Source of the DNA: Candidatus Nanohalovita haloferacivicina
GTDB taxonomy: Archaea; Nanohalarchaeota; Nanosalinia; Nanosalinales; Nanosalinaceae
Direction of reading: 5' to 3'
Length of the DNA stretch: 64,000 bases
Assembly (NCBI RefSeq): GCF_029232205.1
Contig: NZ_CP107255.1
Coordinates: forward strand, 411,781 to 475,780
Shown here one piece after another: positions 47,849-57,698 of this stretch. Numbering within the stretch: position 1 is the first letter of the stretch; every line of letters begins with the position of its first letter. The notes below the pieces were generated by a model. The model was not told the origin of the DNA, did not search any database, and saw only the letters and a list, made by a program, of their open reading frames with translations. The translations under genes and the position numbers were made by a program.

Positions 47849-49228
47849 TCACCTGTTTTCTCTTTCCCATTTTCTTGCGGCTTCGTGGAAGATATGGAAT
47901 CCTGCAAGCCCGATAATCAGTGAGAATGATAGGAAACCGATAGATACTACTGCAGGCGCCAGGTGGTACAGTAGGCCTGCTACGAACATCGGCACAAGCA
48001 CTGCGCCGGCGCTGAACATGAAGATTGTGAACTTCCATGCATCGAACAGCATCTCGTTAGGCTCAAGGCCTGAAAGATAAGCTGTCACGCCCACAAGGTA
48101 GACGGATATTGATGGGAGGCTGAGTGCTCCTACGATAGCGCCGTCAGCTCCGTAAATATAGGTGTTTGCTGCGATGAATGCCCAGGCTACAGGTACTGAG
48201 ACAGTTAGGTAGAGGCTGAGCTTTGCATCAAACACTTCGTGCATTTCAACAGGGAACTTGGTGTATGTGGAAGGCCTGTCATTCAACGTAATCCAGTTAT
48301 ACGTGGAGAGCGAGGCAATTGAAAGAATCAGCGCGACTACAAGACCTGGTGCTGCTGTTCCTGCTGTCAGGAACGGGATCTGTGACATCATGAATACATA
48401 GAATGCGTAGATCAGGCCGAACGAGAAGAAAATCTTGATTACTCCTCCGCTACTCCTAAGAAGCTGGATAACAGATTTGGAGACAATTCCTGTCTTGTCG
48501 TATCCAAGTAGATCATGCACTTCATGGAACTTGTCCTCGCTGGTACGCGACTTTCTACCGCTGGAAGGCCTGAAAATTGCCACGCTGTAGAGAGCCAGTA
48601 ATGAAAATGGAAGGAATCCTGTAATGAAGCTGGAGATCCCTGGATTTGAGAAGAATCCAAGAGGGGTCAACTCCATAAGGCCCATGCTAGAGTAGTAGAT
48701 TGCTCCTGCAAGAGGAATGCTGAATCCAAGAAGGTAGTTCACGCCAAGATTGTAGAGCGAGGCGAATGCCAGACTCATTGAAACTCCCAGCATAAACATT
48801 CCGGAACCTGCAACCCAGGCCATCAACACTTTCGAAACTGCATAGGATGTGAAGTAGTTGACTGATAGAAGGCCTAGAGTCAGTGGTGCTACGAAAAGTG
48901 CTGAGTAGTACAGTAAATCCTTGAGTATGAATACTGAGACAATCTTTCTCTGCTGGATTGGCAGGGTTCTTGAGGAATATATCAGAAGATTGTTCTCTCC
49001 TATCAAGTTCTCGGCTCTATCCCGGCTGATGAACCCTATTGAGCCGACGTTGAGACCCAGGAAGAACAACAAGGCAAGTATTCCATACTCTATCTGGCCT
49101 ACAGTAAATCCTGTGTAGAAAGATGAGGCCACTAGAAATGCTGAGGCCGCGAGGACTACAAGAGGGAATAATGCGAAGTTTCTGCCTCCGAAAAGTTCGG
49201 AGTGCATTCTCCACTCTTCTTTAATCAT
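47849..49228 (-). CDS. ABC-2 type exporter permease
   Basis: More than 10 TM helices. It overlaps the 3' end of the ATPase gene. The start is taken at the internal Met to give an 8-bp overlap. Confidence 0.6.
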   Translation of the reverse strand: MIKEEWRMHSELFGGRNFALFPLVVLAASAFLVASSFYTGFTVGQIEYGILALLFFLGLNVGSIGFISRDRAENLIGENNLLIYSSRTLPIQQRKIVSVFILKDLLYYSALFVAPLTLGLLSVNYFTSYAVSKVLMAWVAGSGMFMLGVSMSLAFASLYNLGVNYLLGFSIPLAGAIYYSSMGLMELTPLGFFSNPGISSFITGFLPFSLLALYSVAIFRPSSGRKSRTSEDKFHEVHDLLGYDKTGIVSKSVIQLLRSSGGVIKIFFSFGLIYAFYVFMMSQIPFLTAGTAAPGLVVALILSIASLSTYNWITLNDRPSTYTKFPVEMHEVFDAKLSLYLTVSVPVAWAFIAANTYIYGADGAIVGALSLPSISVYLVGVTAYLSGLEPNEMLFDAWKFTIFMFSAGAVLVPMFVAGLLYHLAPAVVSIGFLSFSLIIGLAGFHIFHEAARKWERENR

Positions 49229-49940
49229 TTCTCTGAGCAGACTCAAATCCTTCCACCTCTTCAAGGAACTCATCGGTTAGCTCGCCGATCTCATCCATCT
49301 CATGCTCGGCAATCAGTTCTCCCTGATCCAGGACACCGATCTTGGTGCAGACCTCCTGAGCAAGACTCAAAACATGTGTCGAGAGGAATATAGTATTTCC
49401 ATCCTCCTGATACTCTTGGAAAAAGGCCTTGACATTTTCCTGAACCAGTGGATCAAGATTGGTCAACGGCTCATCAATGAAAACCAGGCTAGGCTCGTGG
49501 ATAAAGGCCTGCGTAATCATAACCTTCTGCTTCTCACCCTTCGAGAGATCCATGTTCAAAGTATCAAGTTTCTCCTCAAACTTCAGTCTTTCAGCCCATT
49601 CCTCAACCTTGTCAGAGACATCAACGTTTCTGATCTCTCCGACAAACTGGAAGTACTCTCTAGGCGTCAGAAAGCTTGGAGGATCCTCTCTTTCAGGAAG
49701 AATTCCAATCTTCTCCCGAACTGTACGCGGATGCTTCTGAGGATCGACCCCCAGAATCTTCGCAGAACCAGAATCAGCTGAGAGCTGGCCTGTCAAAATA
49801 TTGATTGTAGTAGATTTTCCAGCGCCGTTAGGGCCGATAAAACCGTAGAGCTCGCCCTCATCAAGTTCGAGATCGAGATCTTTCAAGGCCTCTACGTCTC
49901 CAAAACTTTTGGAAAGGCCTTCTGCTTTGATAGCTTTCAT
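49221..49940 (-). CDS. ABC transporter ATP-binding protein
   Basis: Walker A GPNGAGKSTT, signature LSKGEKQKV and Walker B LVFIDEP. The start is at MKAIKAEG. Confidence 0.85.
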   Translation of the reverse strand: MKAIKAEGLSKSFGDVEALKDLDLELDEGELYGFIGPNGAGKSTTINILTGQLSADSGSAKILGVDPQKHPRTVREKIGILPEREDPPSFLTPREYFQFVGEIRNVDVSDKVEEWAERLKFEEKLDTLNMDLSKGEKQKVMITQAFIHEPSLVFIDEPLTNLDPLVQENVKAFFQEYQEDGNTIFLSTHVLSLAQEVCTKIGVLDQGELIAEHEMDEIGELTDEFLEEVEGFESAQRND

Positions 49941-50043
49941 TGTTTTACAAACACCTGTCACAAATTTTGCCAGGCCGCTGTAAATAAACTTGGTTTCCTG
50001 GAACTGAGAATACTTAAAAGAATGAATCAACTTCAACCAATTC

Positions 50044-50673
50044 ATGGGCCTGAAACTACTTGTTACCAGCGATTTCCACGCCAAAGAAGACCTTAAAGAA
50101 GGCGCAATTGAAGAGGCAAACTCTGGAGACTACGATCTATACCTTAATCTAGGAGACTTTATCGACCCGGATTACGCGGAAGAGCTTTTCGACAGGATCG
50201 AAATTCCGGGTCTCGGATGCACAGGTAACAGAGATCTATTTGAAGACGAGGAAATGATTGAGAAGGCTCCGGTATTCCACTTTCTGGAGGCCGACGTCGA
50301 CGATGAATATCTCGTGATTTTGATTGGAGGAGACTTCCCTGACGATATCAAGGAGCAGGTTACAGAGATAATTGAAGAACACGGCGACTCATCGAAAGTA
50401 ATAGTAGGTTCTCACTACCCGCCACTGAAGCTCGGCGACAGAATCCACTCTGGCGACAGGATAGGGTTTGAACAGTTCAGAGAACTTATCCTGAAGCAGA
50501 AACCTGCGCTATGGGCTAACGGCCATGTACACGAAGACTTTGGAGAAAGAAGCCTTCTTGGAACCACGGTACTTAACGCCGCAGGAGAATCAACGGGCAA
50601 AGGCTACGCAGTTACAATCGGAGACGAAGGCGGAGTAGAAGAGGTAGAAGAAGTAAATCTTCTAGACGAATAA
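50044..50673 (+). CDS. metallophosphoesterase (calcineurin-like)
   Basis: TSDFHA, LGDFID, GNRD and GHVHE motifs. Confidence 0.7.
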   Translation: MGLKLLVTSDFHAKEDLKEGAIEEANSGDYDLYLNLGDFIDPDYAEELFDRIEIPGLGCTGNRDLFEDEEMIEKAPVFHFLEADVDDEYLVILIGGDFPDDIKEQVTEIIEEHGDSSKVIVGSHYPPLKLGDRIHSGDRIGFEQFRELILKQKPALWANGHVHEDFGERSLLGTTVLNAAGESTGKGYAVTIGDEGGVEEVEEVNLLDE

Positions 50674-50715
50674 CAATTTATAAGATTCAGAGTAAATCTG
50701 TTTTCCTACATAGAA

Positions 50716-50789
50716 GGGCTCTTAGTTCAGCCTGGCGGAACGCTTCCTTGGCAGGGAAGAGGCCGTGGGTTCAAATCCCACAGAGTCCA
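50716..50789 (+). tRNA. tRNA-Ala (anticodon GGC), no encoded CCA
   Basis: Acceptor stem GGGCTCT/AGAGTCC with a G3:U70 pair (the Ala identity element). D-arm GTTC/GAAC. Anticodon stem CTTCC/GGAAG with loop TTGGCAG. T-arm GTGGG-TTCAAAT-CCCAC. Confidence 0.85.
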
Positions 50790-50836
50790 CTACCATCAAT
50801 TTTCTGAGAAGGCCCTGTTTTCTTCATATGCAAAGA

Positions 50837-51094
50837 TTACAGTATTCCGGTCTTTATCCCTGTGTAGGCCTTTACTACAATCTCTTTCAGTACTCTCGTG
50901 CTCTGAATATTCATCAGGTAAACTGCAGCAGCCAGTACGTGCAGAGATATTAGGTAGGTAGCCAGACTGTGAAGGGTGCCGCTTGTTCTCTGTACTATAA
51001 TACTAATGAGTGCAGAAGCTATGTGGATCTGTATAAATGCTGCAGCAAATTTTTCTACACCTGAGCTCTGACCCATGTAGGACTCTCGAGACAT
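50837..51094 (-). CDS. small hypothetical membrane protein
   Basis: 85 aa hydrophobic ORF. Weak evidence. Confidence 0.3.
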   Translation of the reverse strand: MSRESYMGQSSGVEKFAAAFIQIHIASALISIIVQRTSGTLHSLATYLISLHVLAAAVYLMNIQSTRVLKEIVVKAYTGIKTGIL

Positions 51095-51203
51095 TAATTA
51101 TTATAAAAAAGCCTCAGGCCGTGGATGAACGTTTCTTTTATAAATATTTTTTCTGGTTCTTTTCGGGATAAACCCTATTAACAACGCGGAAGAAAACACT
51201 TTC

Positions 51204-51596
51204 ATGTTAGAAGGCAGAACCTTTGAGAAAGGAATTTTTTCAGGCCTTGCAATCTCTGTAGTAGGTTCTCTGATTTTACCTGTGTTTCAGCTGGTTGCTG
51301 TGGTAGCAGGAACGATTCTGGCCGCGGTGATAGCAGCTAAAAACTACAGAGAAGGCCTTATAACAGGATTTGTGACAGGATTTTCTATTGTTTTTATCGC
51401 ATTGCTAAATCTCTACACAGGTTCGGGCCTGCCAGTACAGGGCATAATGAGTTCTGCAATGTCTTTTTCACCAGCTAACACAACTATGGGTTTGTTTATC
51501 TCGGCCTCCATCATGGTCATGGCTCTTTCAACAGTTTCCGGCGCTATTACGGGTTATGTAATTCATGAGGAGGAGTTTGACTACTCTACTGCATGA
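51204..51596 (+). CDS. hypothetical membrane protein
   Basis: 130 aa with four hydrophobic helices. Confidence 0.4.
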   Translation: MLEGRTFEKGIFSGLAISVVGSLILPVFQLVAVVAGTILAAVIAAKNYREGLITGFVTGFSIVFIALLNLYTGSGLPVQGIMSSAMSFSPANTTMGLFISASIMVMALSTVSGAITGYVIHEEEFDYSTA

Positions 51597-51758
51597 AGAA
51601 TCTGTCAATGATGATGGCAGGGCCTCCGATAAGTGAAACCAGCAGCAATATGACTGCAAACCCGAGATCGATCTGCGCAACTAGAACAGCCAGTACCACT
51701 CCTGCAATATTGACAACAGTAAGTGCTGCTACGGCCTTCCAGAATTTTTCCATTATTC

Positions 51759-52178
51759 TTACTTCCTCTCAAGCCTGTAGATATCCTCGGAGATCAGTTC
51801 TTCGAATACCAGCAGGATGTTGTATGTGAAAGTTACGTGAGCGCCTATCAGGAATACAAAGGCCATTGAGAAGCTCTCAACATTGGTTACAGCGAGATAC
51901 GTGATCAGGACGCTGCCGAGGGATGCGAAAATGTGGATCATCGAGGCCGCAATATGCTGTACTTCTGGAGATTCAACTTCGCGGAAGAAACCTCTGAAGC
52001 TGATCGCGGCCAACAATGCAAAACCTACAACCCCTCCGAATACAAAAGCCAGTATGGCGGAGGGAGTCATTGTGAAATTATTCAAAAGCAAGGCTCCTGA
52101 ACCCCAGATACTCAAAGTATAACCATAAGCCGCTGACTCATCTGTAATATTGTCCTGGATATTGTCAAGGAACCTCAT
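51759..52178 (-). CDS. hypothetical membrane protein
   Basis: 139 aa with four hydrophobic helices. Confidence 0.4.
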   Translation of the reverse strand: MRFLDNIQDNITDESAAYGYTLSIWGSGALLLNNFTMTPSAILAFVFGGVVGFALLAAISFRGFFREVESPEVQHIAASMIHIFASLGSVLITYLAVTNVESFSMAFVFLIGAHVTFTYNILLVFEELISEDIYRLERK

Positions 52179-52230
52179 GCATAGGGTTTTAGATTGCTCT
52201 AACTTAATAATTTTTCAAGTGACTGGAAAA

Positions 52231-52791
52231 ATGGTTGAAGAAAAAGAATTTGAAGAAATCTACATTCTTACAGGCAACTCCGACAAAGTTGAGGCAGCAA
52301 GAACAGCCTTTGAAGAATCAGAAATCAAGCTTAAACAGTTAGATAAAGATATTCCTGAAATCCAGGCCGCTACCAGTATGAAAGTAGCCCGTCACACCGT
52401 TGAAGAAGTAATTGAAGATCTAGAGGGTCCTGTTGTAAGAGAGGATCACAGTATTTTTCTAGATGCTATTCCAGGGTTTCCAGGCCCTTATATGAGCTAC
52501 TTCGATAAAAATATGCCTGCAGAGAGATTGCTGGAGCTTCTTGAAGGAGAGAAAAGAACAGGTTATTTTGAGATTTCTGCTGTGTTAGGTCTTCCTTCCG
52601 GTCAAATTGAGGAGTTCGGTTTTCGTGTGCCGATCAAGATTTCGGAGGAGATCAGAGGCAGTCAGAGAAACTGGGATCGGGTTTTAATGCTGAGAGATTC
52701 TGAAGAAACGTTTGCAGAGTCGGATGCGGATTCCAGGAGAGAAATTTTCAACAGGAATTTCCAGGAGATCGCAGAGTTCCTGAGTAAGTAA
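52231..52791 (+). CDS. non-canonical purine NTP pyrophosphatase (Ham1/RdgB family)
   Basis: The N-terminal ILTGNSDKVEAA matches the Ham1 TGNxxKxxE motif. The start is at MVEEKE within ORF 52150..52791. Confidence 0.7.
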   Translation: MVEEKEFEEIYILTGNSDKVEAARTAFEESEIKLKQLDKDIPEIQAATSMKVARHTVEEVIEDLEGPVVREDHSIFLDAIPGFPGPYMSYFDKNMPAERLLELLEGEKRTGYFEISAVLGLPSGQIEEFGFRVPIKISEEIRGSQRNWDRVLMLRDSEETFAESDADSRREIFNRNFQEIAEFLSK

Positions 52792-52827
52792 TTCTCTTTT
52801 TTATTTATCGAGCCAAAGTTAGTTCAT

Positions 52828-53046
52828 ATGGATCTAGTTAGTTTTGTAGCAGGAGTTTTCGTAGGAATTGTTGCCGGTATCGGTGGCGCGTTGTTCTATT
52901 TGAGATGGAAGATGCGTCAGCAGCTTGGAATGATGGAAGATCAGATGAGTGACTTGATGGATTCCACGCAGGCAATGACTGAAGGCCTCGGAGATCTTGA
53001 AGATATTGAAGAGGTCGAGAATAAAGAAGAGGAAAATACGGATTAA
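52828..53046 (+). CDS. small protein with N-terminal TM helix and acidic tail
   Basis: 72 aa; one TM helix followed by EDIEEVENKEEENTD. Confidence 0.35.
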   Translation: MDLVSFVAGVFVGIVAGIGGALFYLRWKMRQQLGMMEDQMSDLMDSTQAMTEGLGDLEDIEEVENKEEENTD

Positions 53047-53055
53047 ATTTCCTTC

Positions 53056-53295
53056 TTATTTTTCTTCGTAGAGCTCGTAGCCGAAGTAGATCTGATACAG
53101 TCCGGCAAGGCCTACAAGAAGATAGATAGCGGCTTCAACCTGTCCTCCGGCAACTCCGCCGAAGATAAGGTTTACAACGTTGTATGCTTCTCGTCCTTCT
53201 CCGGAAAGCATTCCCAGGCCTACTAATCCCCAGTTCAATGCACCGATTACTACAAGGCCTAGAGTCGACCAGTCAAGGTATTTTACATCTGCCAT
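53056..53295 (-). CDS. DUF378-like small membrane protein
   Basis: 79 aa with two TM helices (LGLVVIGALNWGLVGL…). Confidence 0.45.
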   Translation of the reverse strand: MADVKYLDWSTLGLVVIGALNWGLVGLGMLSGEGREAYNVVNLIFGGVAGGQVEAAIYLLVGLAGLYQIYFGYELYEEK

Positions 53296-53351
53296 TTACA
53301 GTTCACTTAACCACTTTTACTGCTCTGAGGATTTTATAGTTTGGGCCTGTT

Positions 53352-53735
53352 TTACTGCTTTTTCTCCAGTTTTTCGGCTGTTCTCTCCATTTCGTTGGAG
53401 ATGCTTCTAAGCTGGTCGATGAAGGCCTCGCTTCTGGCAGAGTATTCTTCCTCTATTTCAAGGTCTCTAAGTGCTGATCTGAGATGTGCTTCCTTGATTT
53501 TTGCCATCATATCGCCTTCTTTCAGAGTTTTTTCGGTTATTTCGTCTAGCATTCTGGATAGAACACAGTTGATTACGTGAGGTACGTCGCCGTCAAGGGT
53601 CTGTTCCTCATCCATTCCTTCCCGAATAATTCTTCTGATTCTTCCCTCGGAAAGAGCAAGATCATCGTTTTCAAGCTGGCCATAATTGTCCGGAATAAGC
53701 TTCTCAAGGTTCATAATAAGGAATATATGCTGCAC
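53352..53735 (-). CDS. hypothetical protein (possible histone-fold-like)
   Basis: 127 aa helical, LSEGRIRRIIREG…VINCVLSRMLDEI. A true start may be at MNLEKL. Confidence 0.35.
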   Translation of the reverse strand: MQHIFLIMNLEKLIPDNYGQLENDDLALSEGRIRRIIREGMDEEQTLDGDVPHVINCVLSRMLDEITEKTLKEGDMMAKIKEAHLRSALRDLEIEEEYSARSEAFIDQLRSISNEMERTAEKLEKKQ

Positions 53736-53802
53736 AAACTACAAAAAATCACTTGGTCCACTGCCGAAATCCACTAAAATTATCAACACCAATCTTTAAC
53801 CT

Positions 53803-54807
53803 ATGAGAATCAAGGCCCGCACCATCCGGTTTTTACTCGCAGTTTTCCTGACAGCTCTCCTGATTCCTGGAGTAGCAGGAGAAACAGTTTTCGAAGACAG
53901 AGTTACAGTAAATTCCAACTCCAGCATGACAGTTTTCGCACAGGACGTAACTGTAGAAAACGTAAACGGCAGCCTAACAGTATTCACACAGAACCTCGAT
54001 ATTGAAGGCCCTGTAACCGGCAACGTAAAGGCCTACGCACAGAATGTCAATATCTACTCTACTATAGGAGGAGATGCCGAATTTTATACTCAGAGCTTTT
54101 CTTTGAAAGATACTGGCCAGGTTAATGGCACGCTAACTGTGGCTGCGGAAAATACACATCTGAATGGATGGATTAACGATGCAAGAGTTGAATCTGAAAA
54201 TCTTGTAGTTGACTCTGGCGCACAGATCAGTGGAACACTACGTTACAGGGCCGAAAGGTTCGAGCAACAGACAAATGTAACCGGCCAGATAGTTGAAGCC
54301 CCGAGAGATATAGATCTAGTTAATACAGCCGATATAGCTAGTGAGGCCGTAATGGAGACTGCAGAGTTCCTGATAAGGATCTTTGCAGGCCTTCTGCTTA
54401 TTGCTTTCGCGCCAAGATATTCGCAGAAGATCAGTGAAGCCTTCCGGTCAAGAACTGCGGCCTCAGGATTCCTTGGATTAATGGCTGCGATTCTTCTTCC
54501 TGCCGCGACATTCATCCTTGCACTGACGATTGTAGGACTCCCTCTAGCAGCAATAACAGGTCTGCTGTTCCTGATTCTTTACCTGTTGGGAACTTTCTAC
54601 GGGCCTTACAGCCTCCTGAAGAATGTTGTGGGGACTGAGGAGAGAGGCCATGATTACGCGGCAATGGTTCTGGGAGTTGTCCTCTGGACCTTGCTTGATG
54701 CGCTTCCGCTGCTTGGAGATATAGCCCAGTTAGTGATTGCGGTGATAGGTATAGGCGCCTTTATTCTTCCTGGCTGGGAGGGCATGGGTCGAAGGATAAG
54801 AAGATAA
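53803..54807 (+). CDS. beta-helix-repeat protein with signal peptide and C-terminal multi-TM anchor
   Basis: Signal peptide MRIKARTIRFLLAVFLTALLIPGVAG. Internal repeats of roughly 20 aa (NVNGSLTVFTQNLDIEGPVTGNVKAYAQNVNIY…). Four to five C-terminal TM helices. Confidence 0.45.
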   Translation: MRIKARTIRFLLAVFLTALLIPGVAGETVFEDRVTVNSNSSMTVFAQDVTVENVNGSLTVFTQNLDIEGPVTGNVKAYAQNVNIYSTIGGDAEFYTQSFSLKDTGQVNGTLTVAAENTHLNGWINDARVESENLVVDSGAQISGTLRYRAERFEQQTNVTGQIVEAPRDIDLVNTADIASEAVMETAEFLIRIFAGLLLIAFAPRYSQKISEAFRSRTAASGFLGLMAAILLPAATFILALTIVGLPLAAITGLLFLILYLLGTFYGPYSLLKNVVGTEERGHDYAAMVLGVVLWTLLDALPLLGDIAQLVIAVIGIGAFILPGWEGMGRRIRR

Positions 54808-54832
54808 ATGCCTCCAACTCCAAAGAACTTGC

Positions 54833-55363
54833 ATGGAGAAAGTGTTTTTCCTCAGGCATTTCCAGACAGAGGTAGATCCGGATACCCCGGTCTCTGAATG
54901 GAATCTTTCAGAAGAAGGCCTTGAAGAAATGGAGGAGTTTATGCAGGGCGATCTTCCGCAAGTTGAGGCAATTCTAACTAGTCCGGAACCAAAGGCCCAG
55001 AACACTGCTGAAAGACTTTTAGAGCAGATCGGCGAAGAGGTTGTTCCTCTTGAAGAACTTAGAGAGGTTGATAGATCTCGCAGAGGGTTTATCGAAAAAC
55101 ATCATAAGTATGTGGAGACTGCAAAAGAGTATCTGCAGAACGATTATCCAAAAACGGCCTGGGAACCTAAATCAGAGGTCAAAAGAAGAATCAGAGAATT
55201 TATACAGAGAATGGAGGGTATGGGCTATGACAGAGTTCTTGTAGTGGGCCATGGCCTGTACTTCAGCATCATGCTTGGTGAGGAGCCTTATTATTTCTGG
55301 AGAGAGCTTGAGTTTGGAGAGTTAATCGAAAAAGATTTCGAGGAATTGCAGCAGTTTAAATAA
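54833..55363 (+). CDS. histidine phosphatase superfamily (phosphoglycerate mutase-like) protein
   Basis: N-terminal FFLRHFQT (an RHG-like motif) and C-terminal VVGHGLYF. Confidence 0.55.
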   Translation: MEKVFFLRHFQTEVDPDTPVSEWNLSEEGLEEMEEFMQGDLPQVEAILTSPEPKAQNTAERLLEQIGEEVVPLEELREVDRSRRGFIEKHHKYVETAKEYLQNDYPKTAWEPKSEVKRRIREFIQRMEGMGYDRVLVVGHGLYFSIMLGEEPYYFWRELEFGELIEKDFEELQQFK

Positions 55364-55377
55364 TCTTCAGATTTCTT

Positions 55378-56511
55378 TTGTTTCCTGTGAAGAAGAAAAT
55401 CCAGATAGATGATCGAGAGATCACAGTGATAGGAACAGCACATGTATCCCAGGAGAGCAAGGAAGAGGTCAAAAATACTATTGAAGAGGTCAGGCCCGAC
55501 ACTGTATGCGTTGAACTGGATGAGAATAGGTTGAAATCTCTCAGAGAGGAGTCGGGATGGCGAGAGCTCGATGTAACAGAGGCCATCAGAAACGGTGATG
55601 GAAAACTTCTCTTGATGAACCTGGTCCTATCAATATATCAGAAACAGATGGGCCTGGAACAGGACATGAAACCGGGAGAAGAACTTCTACAGGCCATTGA
55701 TACAGCTGAAGAGAAAGGCCTTAACTATGCTCTAGTAGATCAGGATATCAATATTACATTGAATAGAGCAATGAGCTCGCTTGGCATCTGGGACAAAATA
55801 AAACTGATGGCCTCGCTCATGGTTTCCTCAGAGGAAATGAGTGTAGAAGAACTGAAAGAAGACAACCTGATCAACGCTCTTGTCGATGAACTTGACGAAG
55901 AATTCCCTCAGCTATCCAGAGTATTCCTGCACGAAAGAAACACGTACATGGCAGAAAAAATACTTGAACAGGACTTTGAAAAGGCCGTTGTAGTTGTAGG
56001 AGCAGCACATATGAAAGGCCTGATAGAAGAACTTGAGAAAGAAAAGAGAGATACCGATTTCCCTGATGTAGAAGGCTTTCCGTGGATGAAAGCTGTAAGC
56101 TACGGCATTCCGGCGTTTATACTATTGGGCCTTGGCTACAGTTTCTTCCAGATAGGTTTTTCCACTGGAATTAACGCTACAAAGTTCTGGATTCTGAGTA
56201 ATGGCATTCTTGCCATGCTTGGTGCTATAATTGCGCGTTCACATGTTTCTACCTGGATTGTTTCTTTCCTGGCCGCACCTCTAACATCGCTGGATCCTGC
56301 GCTCGGTGCTGGAATGGTTGCTTCGTATGCAGAGGCCAAGCTTCACCCACCTACAGTTGAGGAGCTGGAATCGATCACTGAAGTTACACGTTACAGAGAT
56401 CTCTGGGGTAATCAGGTTGGCCGCATCCTGCTTACATTCGGTTTTGTAACGATCGGCAGTGCACTGGCCACGTTTGTCTCAGCAGGGTATATCGCCTCGC
56501 TTATTGGGTGA
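55378..56511 (+). CDS. TraB/PrgY-family protein
   Basis: N-terminal ITVIGTAHVSQES motif, then the TraB-domain layout with C-terminal TM helices. Confidence 0.75.
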   Translation: MFPVKKKIQIDDREITVIGTAHVSQESKEEVKNTIEEVRPDTVCVELDENRLKSLREESGWRELDVTEAIRNGDGKLLLMNLVLSIYQKQMGLEQDMKPGEELLQAIDTAEEKGLNYALVDQDINITLNRAMSSLGIWDKIKLMASLMVSSEEMSVEELKEDNLINALVDELDEEFPQLSRVFLHERNTYMAEKILEQDFEKAVVVVGAAHMKGLIEELEKEKRDTDFPDVEGFPWMKAVSYGIPAFILLGLGYSFFQIGFSTGINATKFWILSNGILAMLGAIIARSHVSTWIVSFLAAPLTSLDPALGAGMVASYAEAKLHPPTVEELESITEVTRYRDLWGNQVGRILLTFGFVTIGSALATFVSAGYIASLIG

Positions 56512-56543
56512 GGTTTTAATGAGTCCAGCCCGTAAAGACTCTC

Positions 56544-57068
56544 ATGTCAGAAGAAATAGGCCGTCACAAGGGAACAGTTGAAACACTTCTACACGAGAAG
56601 AAAGAGCTTTCCAGAATTCTACAGATAGTGGACTCTCAACTTGAGAGACATCTTTCCGCACTGGAAGAGAAAGGAGTGGACACAGACCAGTTCATAAATC
56701 AGATACAACAGCAAAGCCAGCAGAGACAGCAAAAGGCCCAGCAACAAAGCAAAGAAAGAAGCTCACAGAGAAGCCAGGGAAACTCCGGTAGAGGCCAGAG
56801 ATCTGGAGGAAGCTCTCAGAACTCAGGAAGATCACGGAACAGGTCATCTAACTCAGGTAATTCCGGCAATTCCAGAAATTCCAGCGGTAGAAGAAGTTCA
56901 GGCCGAAGAAACAGTTCCGGAAACAGCCAGAGAAACAGAAACAATAGGAGTAGCGGAAGAGGCCGATCACAGGATAATCAGGAAGAAGACGATAGAGACA
57001 TGGATGACTTCTTTGAGGATGAAGAAGAGCAGAGCGACTCAAACAGGAAGGACTTCAACCCTCTATAA
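56544..57068 (+). CDS. low-complexity protein with coiled-coil N-terminus and Arg/Ser/Asn/Gly-rich basic region
   Basis: The N-terminus is a coiled-coil. Residues 60-150 are SQRSQGNSGRGQRSGGSSQNSGRSRNRSSNSGNSGNSRNSSGRRSSGRRNSSG. The C-terminus is acidic (DDRDMDDFFEDEEE). Confidence 0.45.
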   Translation: MSEEIGRHKGTVETLLHEKKELSRILQIVDSQLERHLSALEEKGVDTDQFINQIQQQSQQRQQKAQQQSKERSSQRSQGNSGRGQRSGGSSQNSGRSRNRSSNSGNSGNSRNSSGRRSSGRRNSSGNSQRNRNNRSSGRGRSQDNQEEDDRDMDDFFEDEEEQSDSNRKDFNPL

Positions 57069-57071
57069 AAA

Positions 57072-57698
57072 CTACATCATCCATTTTTCTTCCCATCTTC
57101 TAATCCTATCTCTCCACTCCTCTTCTTCTAGATCATTTTCAGAATCTTCCTGCGCCCGTTCCTCACTATTCCTAAGGTACAGGCCTACAGCAGCACCTGC
57201 AAACATTCCAAAAAGATGAGCCTCGTACGCCACATTGTTCTCCGCCCCAAGACCTAGCAAATTCAACGCAATATAGCCCAAAAGCACAACCCACATCGGC
57301 GCTGGAACACCAAAAACAAGACCGATCTTGTTAGGCCTGTAAACAGCCAGCGCTGCCAGAATTCCAACTGCACCACCAGAGGCCCCGATAATAACCGAGT
57401 TAGGGAAGAAAATAAAGGCCGTAAGATTTCCAACCAGTGCAGAAATAAGGAAGGTTCCCATCAAAGTTTTTTCATCAGTCATCAACTCATAGATGCTGCC
57501 AAATAGAGCGATAAAGAAAATATTGTTGAACAAGTGCTCAGGCCCTGAATGGCCTAGGAAGGATGTGAAGAACTTCCACAAAGGAGATACGCCGGCCTGA
57601 AATCCTGGCTGCCAACCGTAAACTGTCTGACCTAGAAATACCAGTGCAAGAAAGAACGAAAAAATCAAGGCCGTGAATCTGAACTGTCTGTCTTTCAT
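57072..57698 (-). CDS. rhomboid-family intramembrane serine protease
   Basis: Six TM helices. GASGGAVGILAA carries the GxSG catalytic Ser, with His in the following helix (AHLFGMFAGA). Confidence 0.75.
   Translation of the reverse strand: MKDRQFRFTALIFSFFLALVFLGQTVYGWQPGFQAGVSPLWKFFTSFLGHSGPEHLFNNIFFIALFGSIYELMTDEKTLMGTFLISALVGNLTAFIFFPNSVIIGASGGAVGILAALAVYRPNKIGLVFGVPAPMWVVLLGYIALNLLGLGAENNVAYEAHLFGMFAGAAVGLYLRNSEERAQEDSENDLEEEEWRDRIRRWEEKWMM

Noticed and set aside
49229-49273. Longer start of the ABC-2 permease overlapping the ATPase gene by 53 bp
   Set aside because: The internal Met at 49228 gives the usual short (8 bp) coupled overlap.
51593-51829. 78-aa plus-strand ORF (and a possible 55-aa minus-strand membrane peptide at about 51592-51756)
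   Set aside because: The plus ORF is low-complexity. The minus-strand peptide is plausible but under 60 aa and unsupported, so it is not called.
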